Notes: generated from the letters alone by a model not told the origin. A stretch of 64,000 nt of DNA from Euryarchaeota archaeon UBA202 (GCA_002502685.1 DAQA01000013.1:2202-66201), one strand, 5' to 3'; positions 37,041-48,715 are shown, counted from the first letter of the stretch. Made by a program: numbers and translations.

Positions 37041-37411
37041 TTTAACCAGTAAAATCGTCTCCCAAATCGGTGTTTTAAGAACCGAATTGAAAAAGTGCGT
37101 ATTTCCTAAATAATATAATTGGGCTTGATGAAAATTAAAAATCATATGCAAAAGGGAAATAAGGTGGTCTGAATTAGAATATTATATATTATTGATTTGA
37201 AGAGGGTTTAGGATAAGTTTGGGGTAATGTAGATATAAAGATAAGAAAAATACTAAACTAGTTTTTTTTAATATCATTTCATGATTTTTATAGGGGATGT
37301 GGCTATTAGGGTTAATCCCACAATAGCAATCGTTATTATCCCCCTTCCTGCGATAAAAAATATTGCAGGGACAGCCAGATAGATGAATGGAGAGTTTCAT
37401 TCAAAACTTTT

Positions 37412-37984
37412 ATGTACCAAATAGTAATACCCAATCAAATGTATGAAGTAAGATTCCATGGGCGTGGGGGACAAGGAGCTGTTACTGCCGCGCGTCTGTT
37501 GGCAGATGCTGCTTTTCGTGAAGGAAAAGAAGTGCAGTCATTTCCCATTTTTGGTGTTGAACGCCGGGGGGCACCTGTGGCTGCATTTACCCGGATAGAT
37601 GATAAACCAATCGACATAAAAACACAGATCTATGAACCAGATGTAGTTATTGCGCTTGATTCAACTCTTATCGGTGTGATAGATGTAGCGGACGGATTGA
37701 AAGATAATGGAAAAATAGTGATAAACTCTAAAAAAAAACCAGCTGATTTTAAGTTTGGGGATACACGGGTCTATACCCTTGATGCAACGGAAATCGCCAC
37801 CAAACATGGCTTGGGAACAAAAACTAATCCAATCATAAATACCGCTATTCTGGGTGCTTATGCAAAGGTTATTGGCAATATTGGTATGGCTGCTATTGAA
37901 CAATCTATTGAAAATAATGTCCCTATAAAAAAAGAGGAAAATAAAAATGCGGCACGGGAAGCATATCAGGTTATGGAGGCATAA
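37412..37984 (+). CDS. porG: 2-oxoacid:ferredoxin oxidoreductase gamma subunit (pyruvate/2-ketoisovalerate type)
   Basis: VRFHGRGGQGAVTAARLLA...FPIFGVERRGAPV. Gene order gamma-delta-alpha-beta. Substrate specificity is not decidable by eye. Confidence 0.8.
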   Translation: MYQIVIPNQMYEVRFHGRGGQGAVTAARLLADAAFREGKEVQSFPIFGVERRGAPVAAFTRIDDKPIDIKTQIYEPDVVIALDSTLIGVIDVADGLKDNGKIVINSKKKPADFKFGDTRVYTLDATEIATKHGLGTKTNPIINTAILGAYAKVIGNIGMAAIEQSIENNVPIKKEENKNAAREAYQVMEA

Positions 37985-38245
37985 ATGAAAATTACCATAG
38001 GAGCTATTAATGACAAACCGGGTTCATCAAAAAATTATAAGACAGGAAGCTGGCGTACACTTAAACCGGTTATTAATCTTGAGAAATGTAAAAAATGTTG
38101 GTTGTGCAAGCAACTCTGTCCCGAAGGATGTATAACAAAAAAAGAAGAGGGACCCCAGATCAACTATGATTACTGTAAGGGATGCGGTATCTGTGCTCAT
38201 GAATGCACCTTTGATGCCATAATAATGGAGCTTGAAGAGAGGTAA
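37985..38245 (+). CDS. porD: 2-oxoacid:ferredoxin oxidoreductase delta subunit (2x[4Fe-4S])
   Basis: CKKCWLCKQLCP and CKGCGICAHEC motifs. 86 aa. Starts one nt after the porG stop. Confidence 0.8.
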   Translation: MKITIGAINDKPGSSKNYKTGSWRTLKPVINLEKCKKCWLCKQLCPEGCITKKEEGPQINYDYCKGCGICAHECTFDAIIMELEER

Positions 38246-38249
38246 TGAG

Positions 38250-39428
38250 ATGACAAAAATGACTATTATGGGAAATATGGCTACGGCGCTGGGCGCGAAA
38301 CTATGCCGCCCCCATGTTATACCGGCCTATCCTATTACGCCATCGACACTTTTCCCTGAAAAAATATCGGAATTTATTGCCAATGGCGAGATGGATGGAG
38401 AAATGATCCGAGTGGAATCAGAACATTCAGCCATGTCGGCAGCTATTGGCGCCTCGGCTACAGGGGCACGGGTCTGTACAGCTTCGGCAAGCCAAGGTAT
38501 TGCCCTTATGCATGAAATGCTTTTTATTGCCTCAGGTATGCGTCTTCCTATTGTTATGGCTGTGGGTAACCGGGCGTTGTCTGCACCCATTAATATTTGG
38601 TGTGATCATCAGGATACCATTTCTGAACGTGATGTGGGATGGCTTCAATTCTATGCTGAAAAAAATCAGGAGGGACTGGATTTAATGATTCTTGCTTTCA
38701 AGATCTGTGAAGATAAACGGGTGCTGTTACCGGGCATGGTGGGCATCGATGCATTTGTTTTGACACATACTGTTGAAGGCGTAGATGTACCTGACCAAAA
38801 ACTTGTTGATGATTTTCTTCCCCCCTATAAACCTGAGAAGTATCTTGATGCCCGTACCCCTATCACTTTTGGTTCCTTTGGTACACCTGAATTTTATCAG
38901 GAATTCAAATATGCCCAAGTGAAAGCCATGGAAGAATCAGAGAAAGTCATTGATGAGGCTTTTCGGGAATATAAAAAGGTTTTTGGGCGAACCTATCAAA
39001 AAATAACGCCGTATCGATGTGAGGATGCAGACATGGTCATATTGACTTTGGGATCGATGAGTGGTACAGCTCGTGCCGCAGTGGATATTCTGCGAGAGGA
39101 GGGAAAGAAAGCAGGATGCATAAAAATGACAGTGTACCGTCCTTTTCCAGGAAAGGAACTTATAGATGTATCAAAGAATGCCAAAGTCATTGCGGTTCTT
39201 GACCGGGATATCACACCAGGGCTTGGGGGAGCATTATACGCTGATGTTGCTGCTCAATTTGTCAATAGAACTGCACATCCCGTGATTTTGAACTATATTC
39301 TTGGATTAGGGGGACGCGATATTGTCATCAATGATTTCAAAGAAATTTATGATAAGTCCCATCAGGCCCTTGAGAAAGGGATACAGAATCCTGTTGAATG
39401 GATAAATCTGAATAAGGAGATATTGTGA
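38250..39428 (+). CDS. porA: 2-oxoacid:ferredoxin oxidoreductase alpha subunit
   Basis: MGNMATALGAKLCRPHVIPAYPITPST...ESEHSAMSAAIGASATGARVCTASASQG is typical of the alpha subunit. ATG 38250 is preferred to TTG 38232. Confidence 0.85.
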   Translation: MTKMTIMGNMATALGAKLCRPHVIPAYPITPSTLFPEKISEFIANGEMDGEMIRVESEHSAMSAAIGASATGARVCTASASQGIALMHEMLFIASGMRLPIVMAVGNRALSAPINIWCDHQDTISERDVGWLQFYAEKNQEGLDLMILAFKICEDKRVLLPGMVGIDAFVLTHTVEGVDVPDQKLVDDFLPPYKPEKYLDARTPITFGSFGTPEFYQEFKYAQVKAMEESEKVIDEAFREYKKVFGRTYQKITPYRCEDADMVILTLGSMSGTARAAVDILREEGKKAGCIKMTVYRPFPGKELIDVSKNAKVIAVLDRDITPGLGGALYADVAAQFVNRTAHPVILNYILGLGGRDIVINDFKEIYDKSHQALEKGIQNPVEWINLNKEIL

Positions 39429-39438
39429 GGAAATATAT

Positions 39439-40338
39439 ATGACAGAAGAAAAGGAGTTATTTGCTTGTGGTCATCGAGCCTGTGCAGGGTGCAGTGAACC
39501 TATTGCTGTCCGTATGATTTTAGAGGAAGCTGGACCAAATACCATTGGCACAATTTGTACAGGGTGCCTGGAGGTGGTCTCTACAGGATGGCCTGAGACC
39601 GCTTGGGAAATACCCTTAATTCATGCGGCCTTTGAAAATTCTGCCTCAGTGGCTTCAGGTGTTGAGGTTGCTCTTCGGCAATTGGGCCGGGACGACACTC
39701 ATGTTATTGCCTTTGCAGGTGATGGAGGAACCTTTGATATTGGTCTGCAGGCACTATCAGGAATGCTTGAGAGAGGACATAAAATTCTTTATGTCTGCCT
39801 TGACAATGAGGCCTATATGAATACCGGTATTCAACGATGTTCCTCGACACCCTTGGGAACATCAACCACCACGTCGCCTGCAGGGACATATAGTATAGGT
39901 GAGGATCGACAGAAAAAACCTATTGGCGCTATTTGTGCAGCTCACTGTATTCCCTATACGGCCACGGCAACCATTGCCTATCCCCAGGATTTGAAAAAAA
40001 AGGTACGCAAAGCCTTAGCTGTGAATGGACCCTCTTTTCTCCATGTTTTGGTTCCCTGTCCTACAGGATGGAGGTTTTCCTCAGAAGAAACAGTGGAACT
40101 GGCTCGCTTAGCGGTGGAAACTGGTATCTTTGTCCTCTGGGAACTTGAGGGGGGTAATTTGCAAAACATTAAGGTGACAAAAAAACCAAAAACATGGCGA
40201 CCTGTGGAGGACTATCTCAAACAACAGGGACGCTACAAACACTTGTTTAAACCTAAAAAAAGACAGGATGTCATTGAGAAAATCCAACAGGACGTGGATC
40301 AAAAACTTATAGAATTGGGAATCACCAAGGAGACATAA
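39439..40338 (+). CDS. porB: 2-oxoacid:ferredoxin oxidoreductase beta subunit (TPP-binding)
   Basis: GHRACAGCSEPIAVR and AFAGDGGTFDIGLQALSG...LDNEAYMNTG (TPP/Fe-S site). Confidence 0.85.
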   Translation: MTEEKELFACGHRACAGCSEPIAVRMILEEAGPNTIGTICTGCLEVVSTGWPETAWEIPLIHAAFENSASVASGVEVALRQLGRDDTHVIAFAGDGGTFDIGLQALSGMLERGHKILYVCLDNEAYMNTGIQRCSSTPLGTSTTTSPAGTYSIGEDRQKKPIGAICAAHCIPYTATATIAYPQDLKKKVRKALAVNGPSFLHVLVPCPTGWRFSSEETVELARLAVETGIFVLWELEGGNLQNIKVTKKPKTWRPVEDYLKQQGRYKHLFKPKKRQDVIEKIQQDVDQKLIELGITKET

Positions 40339-40549
40339 ATACTCTTAAATAGTGCCTTCATACCTCCCTGTCTTCATTTATACAGACCACTTAATAGTAA
40401 TGTTACTGAAGATAAAATTAAGGGGTGAAAGTGACCAGGGTCATAAAAAGTGAAAGAAACTTTCCTTTATCACTATGCTGGATGATAAAAATAAAAATAC
40501 TATAAAATCCAAAAGAGATCCTTGTATTCAATAATGGAGGATAGGGCTT

Positions 40550-43372
40550 GTGACAAAAAAGATTATTATTAAGGGAGCACGGGAACATAACCTGAAAAAT
40601 ATTGATGTTGAGCTTCCCCGGGATAAGATCATTGTGATTTCTGGTCTTTCAGGATCAGGAAAATCCACCTTGGCTTTTGACACCATTTATGCCGAGGGAC
40701 AAAGAAGATATGTGGAATCACTCTCAGCGTATGCCCGACAGTTCTTGGGGTTGATGAGGAAACCCAATGTGGACAGTATTGAGGGTTTGTCACCTGCCAT
40801 CTCCATAGAGCAGAAAACAACGGGGAGGAATCCCCGTAGTACGGTGGGAACCATAACGGAGATCTATGATTATCTTCGGCTTCTCTTTGCCCGTATTGGT
40901 GTACCCTATTGCCCTGAGCATAACATCCCCATCGAATCACAATCTCCCGAAAGAATTGCGGAAAGAATTAGTCATGAACTCCAGGGAATGGTAATGCTTC
41001 TTGCTCCCCTTATTCGCCAAAAAAAAGGGACCTATGAACAGCTTTTCCAGCAACTTAACAGAAACGGGTATTCACGAGTCCGGGTGGGCAAAGTAATTTA
41101 CCGTACCCATGAAGATATACCCCTAGAACGTTATAAAAAACATGATATTGAAGTGGTCATTGACCGAGTATCTGTAGATGATACATCACGTCTCCGGGAG
41201 GCATGTGAAGATGCATTGGATATGTCTGATGGCCTTATTATTGCTGTTGATGAACAAAAAAAGGAGTATATTTACTCAGAGAAAATGGCATGCCCAAAAT
41301 GCGGCATTATATTTGAGGAATTACAACCACGGATGTTCTCATTTAACAGTCCCTTTGGTGCATGCCCGACGTGTCATGGCCTGGGGTTTAAAATGGAATT
41401 TGATCCTGATCTTATTGTTCCAGATAAATCATTATGCATTGCGGATGGAGCCATTGCTATTTACAGAAATATACGGGATGGATGGCGGGTTAAAATCTTA
41501 GGGGGTGTGGCTAAACATTTTGGTTTCGACTTGTTTACCCCCATTCAGGATTTAAATGAGAAGCAATACCAGGGTCTTATGTATGGCACTTCTGAAAAAA
41601 TAACCTTTTTCATGGTAAGTAAAAATGGTGAGGGACATTGGTCACATAAGGGGCCTTGGGAGGGATTGGTACCACAATCAAACCGTCTTTATCGGCAGAC
41701 AAAATCTGATTACCGGCGGCGTGACATGGAAAAATTTATGCGTATTTTTTCCTGTCCCGACTGCCAGGGTAAACGATTGAAACAAAAAGTTTTGGCGGTC
41801 AAAATCGGAGGGAAATCAATTATTGATATCACGGATTTATCCATTAAAAAATGTATTTCTTTTTTTTATGGTCTTTCAGTAACTGATAAACAATACGAGA
41901 TTGCTCGCCAGATTTTAAAGGAGATTCGGGAAAGACTGCGGTTTCTTGACAATGTGGGATTAGGATATCTTACCCTATCCCGGAATTCTCGGACACTTTC
42001 AGGAGGTGAAGCCCAAAGGATACGCTTGGCGACACAGATTGGATCCAACTTGATGGGTGTTCTCTATATCCTTGATGAACCATCCATTGGGTTGCATCAA
42101 AGGGATAATAAAAAACTTATCCAGACACTTTATCAATTAAGGGATATGGGAAATACTCTCATTATTGTGGAGCATGACGAGGAAACTATCAGGAGTGCAG
42201 ATTACGTAATAGATATGGGTCCGGGGGCCGGCATACATGGGGGAAAAATTATTGCCCAGGGGACTCCACAAGAGATCGAAAATAATCCACGATCTATTAC
42301 AGGACAATATCTCTCAGGTAAAATGTGGATCGATATCCCTGAAAAACGAAGGATGCCCCATAACTATGTCTGGATTACCCAGTGCCAGGAGCATAATCTA
42401 AAAAATATCACGGTGGGGGTACCCATTGGCGTTCTCACAGTAATTACCGGGGTATCAGGAAGTGGAAAGTCCACTCTTATTTATGACATTCTGTACAAGG
42501 CATTGATGAAAAAACTTCATGGATCCCGGGTCAGCCCCGGAAAACATGAATCCATACAATATGATAACAAGATAGATAAAGTAATTGTGATTGATCAAAG
42601 CCCCATTGGAAAGACACCCCGGAGCAATCCTGCAACCTATACCAAGGTGTTTGATGAAATCCGGAAGATATTTGTCCAAATACCTGAGGCAAAGATAAGG
42701 GGTTATAAACCGGGAAGGTTCTCCTTTAATGTCAAGGGAGGGCGTTGCGAAGCGTGCCATGGTGATGGATCCATCAAAATAGAAATGAATTTTTTACCCG
42801 ATATCTATGTGGAATGTGAAGAATGTAAAGGCAAACGATATAATCGGGAAACACTAGAGGTAAAATATAAGGGAAAAACCATTGCCGATGTCTTGGATAT
42901 GAGTGTAGAGGAAAATCTGCACCTCTTTAAAAATATTCCCTATATCAGAAAAAAACTAGACGTGTTATCACAAGTGGGCTTGGGATATATTAAGCTGGGG
43001 CAAAGCTCAACCACCCTTTCAGGGGGCGAGGCGCAACGAATTAAACTAACCCGGGAATTATCCAAAAAAAGCACGGGGAAAACCCTCTATTTGCTTGATG
43101 AACCCACGACGGGTCTTCATTTTCACGATGTCAAAAAACTTATCATGGTACTCAATAAACTAGTTGATAAAGGAAACACTGTTGTAGTAATTGAACATAA
43201 CATCGAGGTGATTAAATCAGCTGATTATATTATTGACCTGGGCCCTGAAGGAGGGGAACAGGGTGGAGAAATCGTGGCGGAGGGAGCACCGGAAAAGATT
43301 GTTAAATCACCACGGAGTTACACGGGAAAAATTCTTAAAAAATATATGGATAAAAAAACAAAAAATGATTGA
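40550..43372 (+). CDS. uvrA: Excinuclease ABC subunit A
   Basis: Two ABC modules ([27 protein letters not shown]; LSGGEAQRI twice) and zinc-finger cysteines CPKCG...CPTCHG and CEACHGDG...CEECKG. 940 aa, GTG start. Confidence 0.9.
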   Translation: MTKKIIIKGAREHNLKNIDVELPRDKIIVISGLSGSGKSTLAFDTIYAEGQRRYVESLSAYARQFLGLMRKPNVDSIEGLSPAISIEQKTTGRNPRSTVGTITEIYDYLRLLFARIGVPYCPEHNIPIESQSPERIAERISHELQGMVMLLAPLIRQKKGTYEQLFQQLNRNGYSRVRVGKVIYRTHEDIPLERYKKHDIEVVIDRVSVDDTSRLREACEDALDMSDGLIIAVDEQKKEYIYSEKMACPKCGIIFEELQPRMFSFNSPFGACPTCHGLGFKMEFDPDLIVPDKSLCIADGAIAIYRNIRDGWRVKILGGVAKHFGFDLFTPIQDLNEKQYQGLMYGTSEKITFFMVSKNGEGHWSHKGPWEGLVPQSNRLYRQTKSDYRRRDMEKFMRIFSCPDCQGKRLKQKVLAVKIGGKSIIDITDLSIKKCISFFYGLSVTDKQYEIARQILKEIRERLRFLDNVGLGYLTLSRNSRTLSGGEAQRIRLATQIGSNLMGVLYILDEPSIGLHQRDNKKLIQTLYQLRDMGNTLIIVEHDEETIRSADYVIDMGPGAGIHGGKIIAQGTPQEIENNPRSITGQYLSGKMWIDIPEKRRMPHNYVWITQCQEHNLKNITVGVPIGVLTVITGVSGSGKSTLIYDILYKALMKKLHGSRVSPGKHESIQYDNKIDKVIVIDQSPIGKTPRSNPATYTKVFDEIRKIFVQIPEAKIRGYKPGRFSFNVKGGRCEACHGDGSIKIEMNFLPDIYVECEECKGKRYNRETLEVKYKGKTIADVLDMSVEENLHLFKNIPYIRKKLDVLSQVGLGYIKLGQSSTTLSGGEAQRIKLTRELSKKSTGKTLYLLDEPTTGLHFHDVKKLIMVLNKLVDKGNTVVVIEHNIEVIKSADYIIDLGPEGGEQGGEIVAEGAPEKIVKSPRSYTGKILKKYMDKKTKND

Positions 43373-44915
43373 TCCAGATAGTCTTCCCTCAAATCCGGGA
43401 TGTTACCTATTTAAGAACACAAAAAAACAAGTTCTATATGTGGGTAAAGCAAAAAATCTTAAAAAACGGGTGAAAACATATTATCAAAAAAATGAACTTG
43501 ATGCTAAAACACAACGCCTCATCGATACCAGCACCAGTCTTGATTTTTTTGTCACAGAGAATGAAACAGAAGCCCTAATATTAGAAAACACCTTAATAAA
43601 AAAATATCTTCCTCGCTACAATATCCGTCTTCGTGATGCAAAAACCTATGCATTCATTCGTCTGACAATCGATACCTTTCCTCGGTTGATGATCGCCCGA
43701 AAAAAAAGTGGATCGGGGATATTCTATGGTCCTTTTGTCTCCGCCCAGGAAAGAGATTATATCCTAAATTTTTTAAATAAGACATTTCGCCTTCGCACTT
43801 GTAAAAAAATGCCCAAAAAACCCTGTTTAAGATCTCACATCAAATTATGTGACGCACCCTGTATAAATAATATTGCTCCTCAGGAATACCAAAAAAGAAT
43901 TGAAAAAACAAAACTTATTTTGAATGGAAAAACCAAACATCTTCTTAAAAAACTAGTAAAAGAAATGAACCAATTATCCCAGGAACAAAATTATGAAAAA
44001 GCCTTGGAGATACGAAATCAAATCTCTGCCATACAAAGATTAAGTGAACATCAGAATATGCAACGTGAAATAAAACATGATGAAGATATTTTGAATTATG
44101 TAGTAAAGGATGACGCTGTATACCTTATGTTGTTTAATGTTTCCAAGGGAATTGTAACCACAAAAAATGAATATGTTTTTGAGTATAATCCTGATTTTTA
44201 CGAGGAATTTTTGGTTCAATACTATTCAGAAAAACCAGTTCCCCCAGAACTTATTATTCCCCAAGGAATCTCCTCCCCATTAAAGGATTTTTTACAAAAA
44301 AAAAGCCAAAGGAAAATTATTATTACAGTTCCCCTTAGAGGATCTAAAAAACAACTTCTTGATCTCGTGAAAAAAAATATTGAAGGAGTTTTTTTTGCAG
44401 GAGCCATAAAAATGGAAAAACTGGGGAAACAACTTGGTCTCCATGACATACCCCAAGTGATAGAATGTTTTGATATATCCCATCTCTCCGGGACATCAAC
44501 AGTGGGATCCATGGTCCAATTTCGGAATGGAAAACCTGATAAAAATAACTATAGACGATTTAAAATACGGACTGTGGACACAATCGATGATTATGCAGCC
44601 ATCAGAGAAATCATAAGACGACGATATACTCGCTTAAAACAAACAAATGGACCCTATCCAGATCTTATCATTATCGACGGGGGACGGGGACAATTAAATG
44701 GCGCGCGGGCTGAACTGGAAACACTGGGAGTTAATATTCCCATAATCTCAATTGCAAAAAAAGAAGAAGATATCTATTTGCCCAATATCCCTATACCCCT
44801 TAGGTTATCCTCAAAAAATAAGGCTCTTCATGCCATCCAGGAAATACGTGATGAAGCACATCGATTTGCGATTAAATATAACAGATTGCTGCGAAAGAAA
44901 AGCATGATATCATGA
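43365..44915 (+). CDS. uvrC: Excinuclease ABC subunit C, short form lacking the C-terminal (HhH)2 domain
   Basis: GIY-YIG start [26 protein letters not shown], a UvrBC-type helix ([14 protein letters not shown]) and the endonuclease domain ending [20 protein letters not shown] 43365 overlaps the uvrA stop. The protein ends ~20 aa after DEAHRFAI. Confidence 0.85.
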   Translation: MIDPDSLPSNPGCYLFKNTKKQVLYVGKAKNLKKRVKTYYQKNELDAKTQRLIDTSTSLDFFVTENETEALILENTLIKKYLPRYNIRLRDAKTYAFIRLTIDTFPRLMIARKKSGSGIFYGPFVSAQERDYILNFLNKTFRLRTCKKMPKKPCLRSHIKLCDAPCINNIAPQEYQKRIEKTKLILNGKTKHLLKKLVKEMNQLSQEQNYEKALEIRNQISAIQRLSEHQNMQREIKHDEDILNYVVKDDAVYLMLFNVSKGIVTTKNEYVFEYNPDFYEEFLVQYYSEKPVPPELIIPQGISSPLKDFLQKKSQRKIIITVPLRGSKKQLLDLVKKNIEGVFFAGAIKMEKLGKQLGLHDIPQVIECFDISHLSGTSTVGSMVQFRNGKPDKNNYRRFKIRTVDTIDDYAAIREIIRRRYTRLKQTNGPYPDLIIIDGGRGQLNGARAELETLGVNIPIISIAKKEEDIYLPNIPIPLRLSSKNKALHAIQEIRDEAHRFAIKYNRLLRKKSMIS

Positions 44916-46846
44916 AACGATTTAAGCTGGTAACAGATCTTATCCCCCATGGATCACAGCCCTTTGCCATACAGAAACTTACCCAGGGTATAAAAAAAGG
45001 AAAACGCCGCCAAACGCTTCTTGGCGTCACTGGCTCAGGTAAAACTTTTACCATGGCAAATGTGATACAAAAGATACAAAAACCCACCTTGGTGATTGCC
45101 CATAACAAGACGCTTGCAGTACAGCTTTACAATGAATTCCAGGATTTTTTTCCCGAGAATAGGGTGGAATACTTTGTCTCGTATTACGATTATTACCAAC
45201 CAGAATCCTATATTCCCCAGAAGGATCAGTATATCGAAAAAGATGCAGATATCAATCCAAAGATTGAGCAAATGCGATTGGCGACCACTGCCTCTCTTCT
45301 GTCAAGAAATGATGTCATTGTGGTTGCCTCAGTATCATGTATCTACAGCGCTGGTGACCCCCGGGATTATCATGAGATGGGATTTGATGCTGAAGTAGGA
45401 GAGACCATTCCCCGAAAGATGCTTTTACGGAAACTCATTGAGAGCCAATATGAAAGAAATGATTATGCCATGAAGCCAGGGCGTTTTCGGGTTAAAGGCG
45501 ACACGATCGATATCATTCCAGGTTATTACTATAATATTATTCGTATTGAGTTGTTTGGTGACGAGGTTGAAAAAATCAGGGAGATCCACAGGGTGACAGG
45601 TGAAACATTGGATGTTTTTCCCTATTATTATTTTTTTCCAGCTAAGCATTTTGTGATCTCTGAAAGGAAAAAAAATCAGGCTGTTCAATCAATAAAAAAA
45701 GAATTAACGGAGCGGCTACCTGCACTTGATGCACTGGCGGCCCATCGTCTTAAACAGCGTACCTTATTTGATATTGAGATGATCGAAGAAACAGGACACT
45801 GTAAAGGTATTGAGAACTATTCCCGTCATTTTGATAACAGGAAACCTGGAGAAAAGCCCTATTGTCTTCTTGATTATTTTCCCCATGATTTCTTAATGTT
45901 CATTGATGAAAGCCATCGGACGATTCCACAGATCCGGGGAATGTATCATGGTGACCATTCCCGAAAAAAAACACTGGTGGATTATGGATTTCGGCTACCC
46001 AGTGCATTTGATAATCGTCCCTTGAATTTTCAGGAATTTGAAGGATATATGGAACGGGTTATTTTTGTATCAGCAACCCCTGGAGAGTATGAACTGGATA
46101 AATCTTTCCAGGTGGTGGAACAAATTATTCGTCCAACCGGTCTTCTTGATCCACATATCGAAATACGAAAAATAACGGGTCAAATACAGGACCTCATAAA
46201 AGAGATTACCGCAACCATCCAAAAAGGAGAAAGAGTCCTTGTGACCACTCTTACCAAAAAGCTTGCCGAGGAGCTATCAAATTATCTTGCCGGCAAGAAT
46301 ATACAGACGCGGTATCTTCATTCAGAGATTGACACTCTTGATAGAACCGAGATCATCAGACAATTGAGATTGGGTGAATTTGATGTTTTAGTGGGGATTA
46401 ATCTACTCCGGGAGGGACTTGACATCCCAGAGGTAGGATTCATTGGTATTCTTGATGCAGATAAAGAAGGTTTTCTTCGCGATCAACGAAGCCTCATCCA
46501 GATCATTGGGCGAGCGGCACGTAATGCTAACTCTAAGGTTATACTGTATGCCGATAACCTGACAGAATCCATAAAAAATGCTGTAGAGGAGACGAATCGC
46601 CGGCGAAGAATACAGGAGGAATTTAATCTCAAGCATCAAATCATACCCCAAACCATTATTAAACCCATCAAGGAAAAAACTGTGGATATCAAGGATACAA
46701 AACATATACCCAAGAAAGAGATACCCCCGATGATTATCAATCTTGAGGCAGAAATGAAGGTGGCAGCGGATAATCTGGATTTTGAAACCGCGATAACCCT
46801 TCGTGAAAAAATAAAGAAACTACAAAAAACACTCACAAGCCAATAA
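44912..46846 (+). CDS. uvrB: Excinuclease ABC subunit B
   Basis: GVTGSGKTFTMAN Walker A, DESH box (FIDESHRT), beta-hairpin region YYDYYQPE, C-terminal UVR motif (FETAITLREKIKKL). 4-nt overlap with uvrC. Confidence 0.9.
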   Translation: MKRFKLVTDLIPHGSQPFAIQKLTQGIKKGKRRQTLLGVTGSGKTFTMANVIQKIQKPTLVIAHNKTLAVQLYNEFQDFFPENRVEYFVSYYDYYQPESYIPQKDQYIEKDADINPKIEQMRLATTASLLSRNDVIVVASVSCIYSAGDPRDYHEMGFDAEVGETIPRKMLLRKLIESQYERNDYAMKPGRFRVKGDTIDIIPGYYYNIIRIELFGDEVEKIREIHRVTGETLDVFPYYYFFPAKHFVISERKKNQAVQSIKKELTERLPALDALAAHRLKQRTLFDIEMIEETGHCKGIENYSRHFDNRKPGEKPYCLLDYFPHDFLMFIDESHRTIPQIRGMYHGDHSRKKTLVDYGFRLPSAFDNRPLNFQEFEGYMERVIFVSATPGEYELDKSFQVVEQIIRPTGLLDPHIEIRKITGQIQDLIKEITATIQKGERVLVTTLTKKLAEELSNYLAGKNIQTRYLHSEIDTLDRTEIIRQLRLGEFDVLVGINLLREGLDIPEVGFIGILDADKEGFLRDQRSLIQIIGRAARNANSKVILYADNLTESIKNAVEETNRRRRIQEEFNLKHQIIPQTIIKPIKEKTVDIKDTKHIPKKEIPPMIINLEAEMKVAADNLDFETAITLREKIKKLQKTLTSQ

Positions 46847-46966
46847 AAATAAAAAAAAGAAAACGGGATTCCATGACCCATAAAAAAGGGGGAATTGCAT
46901 ATCTTTTTTTTGTCTCTTTTCTCTTTTTTGGATACATTTTTAAACAGGCAGGAAATTAGTTATCCC

Positions 46967-47440
46967 ATGGATATCGAACAATTATTAAAGATTGCAATAA
47001 AATCGGAGATAAATGCTGCAGAAATCTATAAAAAAATGGCTGATAAAACAAAGATTGTTTTCCTAAAAGACAAACTTAATTTTTTGGCAAATGAAGAGAG
47101 TAGCCATAGAAATCTGTTGGAAAAACTTTTCGAGACTAAGTTTTCCCATGAACCACAAAAATTAGATGGTGATATGGAAACACCGCTTCCCGAGCTGACA
47201 ATAACTGATGATATGCTCATTTCTGATATGCTTACTCAAGCCATGGAAGCAGAAAAAAAAGCATCAGATTTCTACAAGAATCTTAAACAAAATTTTGAAG
47301 AAGAAAAAGAAAAATCCATGGCGCGGTATCTTTCCCATATGGAAAAATCACATTATTATCTTTTAAAAAGTGAGCTTGAGCTTTTCCATAATTTTGAGCT
47401 GTATGACGAAGTCCATATGATGATGCATGTCGGACCCTAG
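46967..47440 (+). CDS. Ferritin-like (rubrerythrin-fold, diiron-type) protein without a rubredoxin domain
   Basis: AIKSEINAAEIYKKMA...LANEESSHRNLLEKLF and a second half AMEAEKKASDFYKNL...LSHMEKSHYYLL (E...ExxH twice). ATG 46967 is preferred to the upstream track start. Confidence 0.6.
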   Translation: MDIEQLLKIAIKSEINAAEIYKKMADKTKIVFLKDKLNFLANEESSHRNLLEKLFETKFSHEPQKLDGDMETPLPELTITDDMLISDMLTQAMEAEKKASDFYKNLKQNFEEEKEKSMARYLSHMEKSHYYLLKSELELFHNFELYDEVHMMMHVGP

Positions 47441-47528
47441 AGGTATCCAGCCTGGTTTTGAAGGATTACGCCATAAGTTAGGAGGGGTAGCCGATTTGCT
47501 GATAAGGTGGACGCTCTATATTCGTGCT

Positions 47529-48392
47529 CTATGGGAGAGGATCTATATGGACAGTGGGTTCAATTTGGCATTTCGTCCTTAGCTCATCTTCAATGAATGC
47601 AACAATATCATGTGCTTCCTCAAGATTCATATGTGCCGGCAGCATGATATGTAATGTTACTTCCACATGATCACCATATCTATGAACACGGAGATGATGC
47701 ACATGAGACACCTGGGGAAAATTATGATAGATTATTTCTTTTATTTTTTTATCAAGGGATGTATCAGGAGCTTCCCCTAGCATTGATTCGATAGATTTCT
47801 TTAAGATATCAAATGTCACATATCCAATTAAAAGTGAGATACCAAGTGCCATGACACCATCAATCCACCAGTAACGGGTACCTACAAGGGCACCTATAAT
47901 AATGAGTCCTGATGTAATGGCATCACTACGGTGATGCCATCCATCGGCAATAAGGCTAGAGGAATTAATTTTTTTCCCTATCCGGAGGGTATATTGTGCT
48001 AACGCCTCTTTGATAATTACGGAAAAAAGAAGAACAATGATGGCGATGTCTCCAAACGTGGCTGATTCACCCTGCCAAAGTCTTTCTATAGCCCGGGTGA
48101 AAAACGTAAATGCCACTACTGCAAGGAGTGTACCAATAATCAAGGTCCCAATTTCTTCTGCTCTTCCGTGTCCAAAGGGATGCTGTTTATCTGGCGGCTT
48201 TGAAGAAATCCAGAAACCCAACATGACAATAATGGAGGTTAACGTATCCGAAAGGCTATGCCATGCATCTGCCTGTATGGCGATCGAATGAAATGTGGTT
48301 CCCACCCAGTATTTACCCACAAAAAGGATAACATTAATGATGATAGAAATCCCTGCCACAAAATAGCCAAGAGATTTTCTTGTGGGGAACAT
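47529..48392 (-). CDS. Cation diffusion facilitator (CDF) family metal efflux transporter
   Basis: Six TM segments. ADAWHSLSDTLTS (TM2) and GWHHRSDAITS (TM5) metal-site motifs. C-terminal cytoplasmic domain. Confidence 0.8.
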   Translation of the reverse strand: MFPTRKSLGYFVAGISIIINVILFVGKYWVGTTFHSIAIQADAWHSLSDTLTSIIVMLGFWISSKPPDKQHPFGHGRAEEIGTLIIGTLLAVVAFTFFTRAIERLWQGESATFGDIAIIVLLFSVIIKEALAQYTLRIGKKINSSSLIADGWHHRSDAITSGLIIIGALVGTRYWWIDGVMALGISLLIGYVTFDILKKSIESMLGEAPDTSLDKKIKEIIYHNFPQVSHVHHLRVHRYGDHVEVTLHIMLPAHMNLEEAHDIVAFIEDELRTKCQIEPTVHIDPLP

Positions 48393-48715
48393 GATAAAAA
48401 CACCTAGTTATATCCTGATAAATAAACAAGAGTATAATTATTAAAATTTGCGAAAAAAAAAGAAGATAAGAAGATTGATTCTGAAAAAAAATGGTTATAT
48501 AAACAAAAAAAAAGAAAAATAACACCTAGAGGATATGTGTACAGATAGAGATAAAACTGTTGATAAAAAAAAATCCTTAGGGAAGCTAACAGAAAAGATA
48601 TTAAACGAGTGATTACATTTTTTAGGATAAGTAAAAAATGGAAAAAAAAGATACGTAAAGCCCTTACTGACCAAAAAAAAAATAATGGATCAGAAAATAA
48701 AAAAGGAGATAGAAA

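Noticed and set aside
37120-37175. Possible C/D-box sRNA: TTGATGA (C-box-like), about 37 nt, then CTGA (D-box-like).
   Set aside because: The C box lacks the 5' purine. No internal D'/C' boxes and no terminal stem are present. Both motifs are short enough to occur by chance in AT-rich DNA.
37182-37400. 72-aa minus-strand ORF in the gap upstream of porG.
   Set aside because: It has Cys/Asn-rich odd composition, no RBS, and it overlaps the likely por promoter. It is more probably non-coding.
43233-43364. Extended N-termini proposed by the ORF track: uvrC from 43233, GGR from 13309, ferritin from 57755, ferredoxin from 58389, NifX-like from 32205, MinD-ferredoxin from 29682 and the ferritin-like gene from 46895.
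   Set aside because: The extensions overlap the preceding gene, lack family similarity and lack an RBS. Internal ATGs coincide with conserved N-termini, stop-start overlaps or GGAGG/GGTGA sites.
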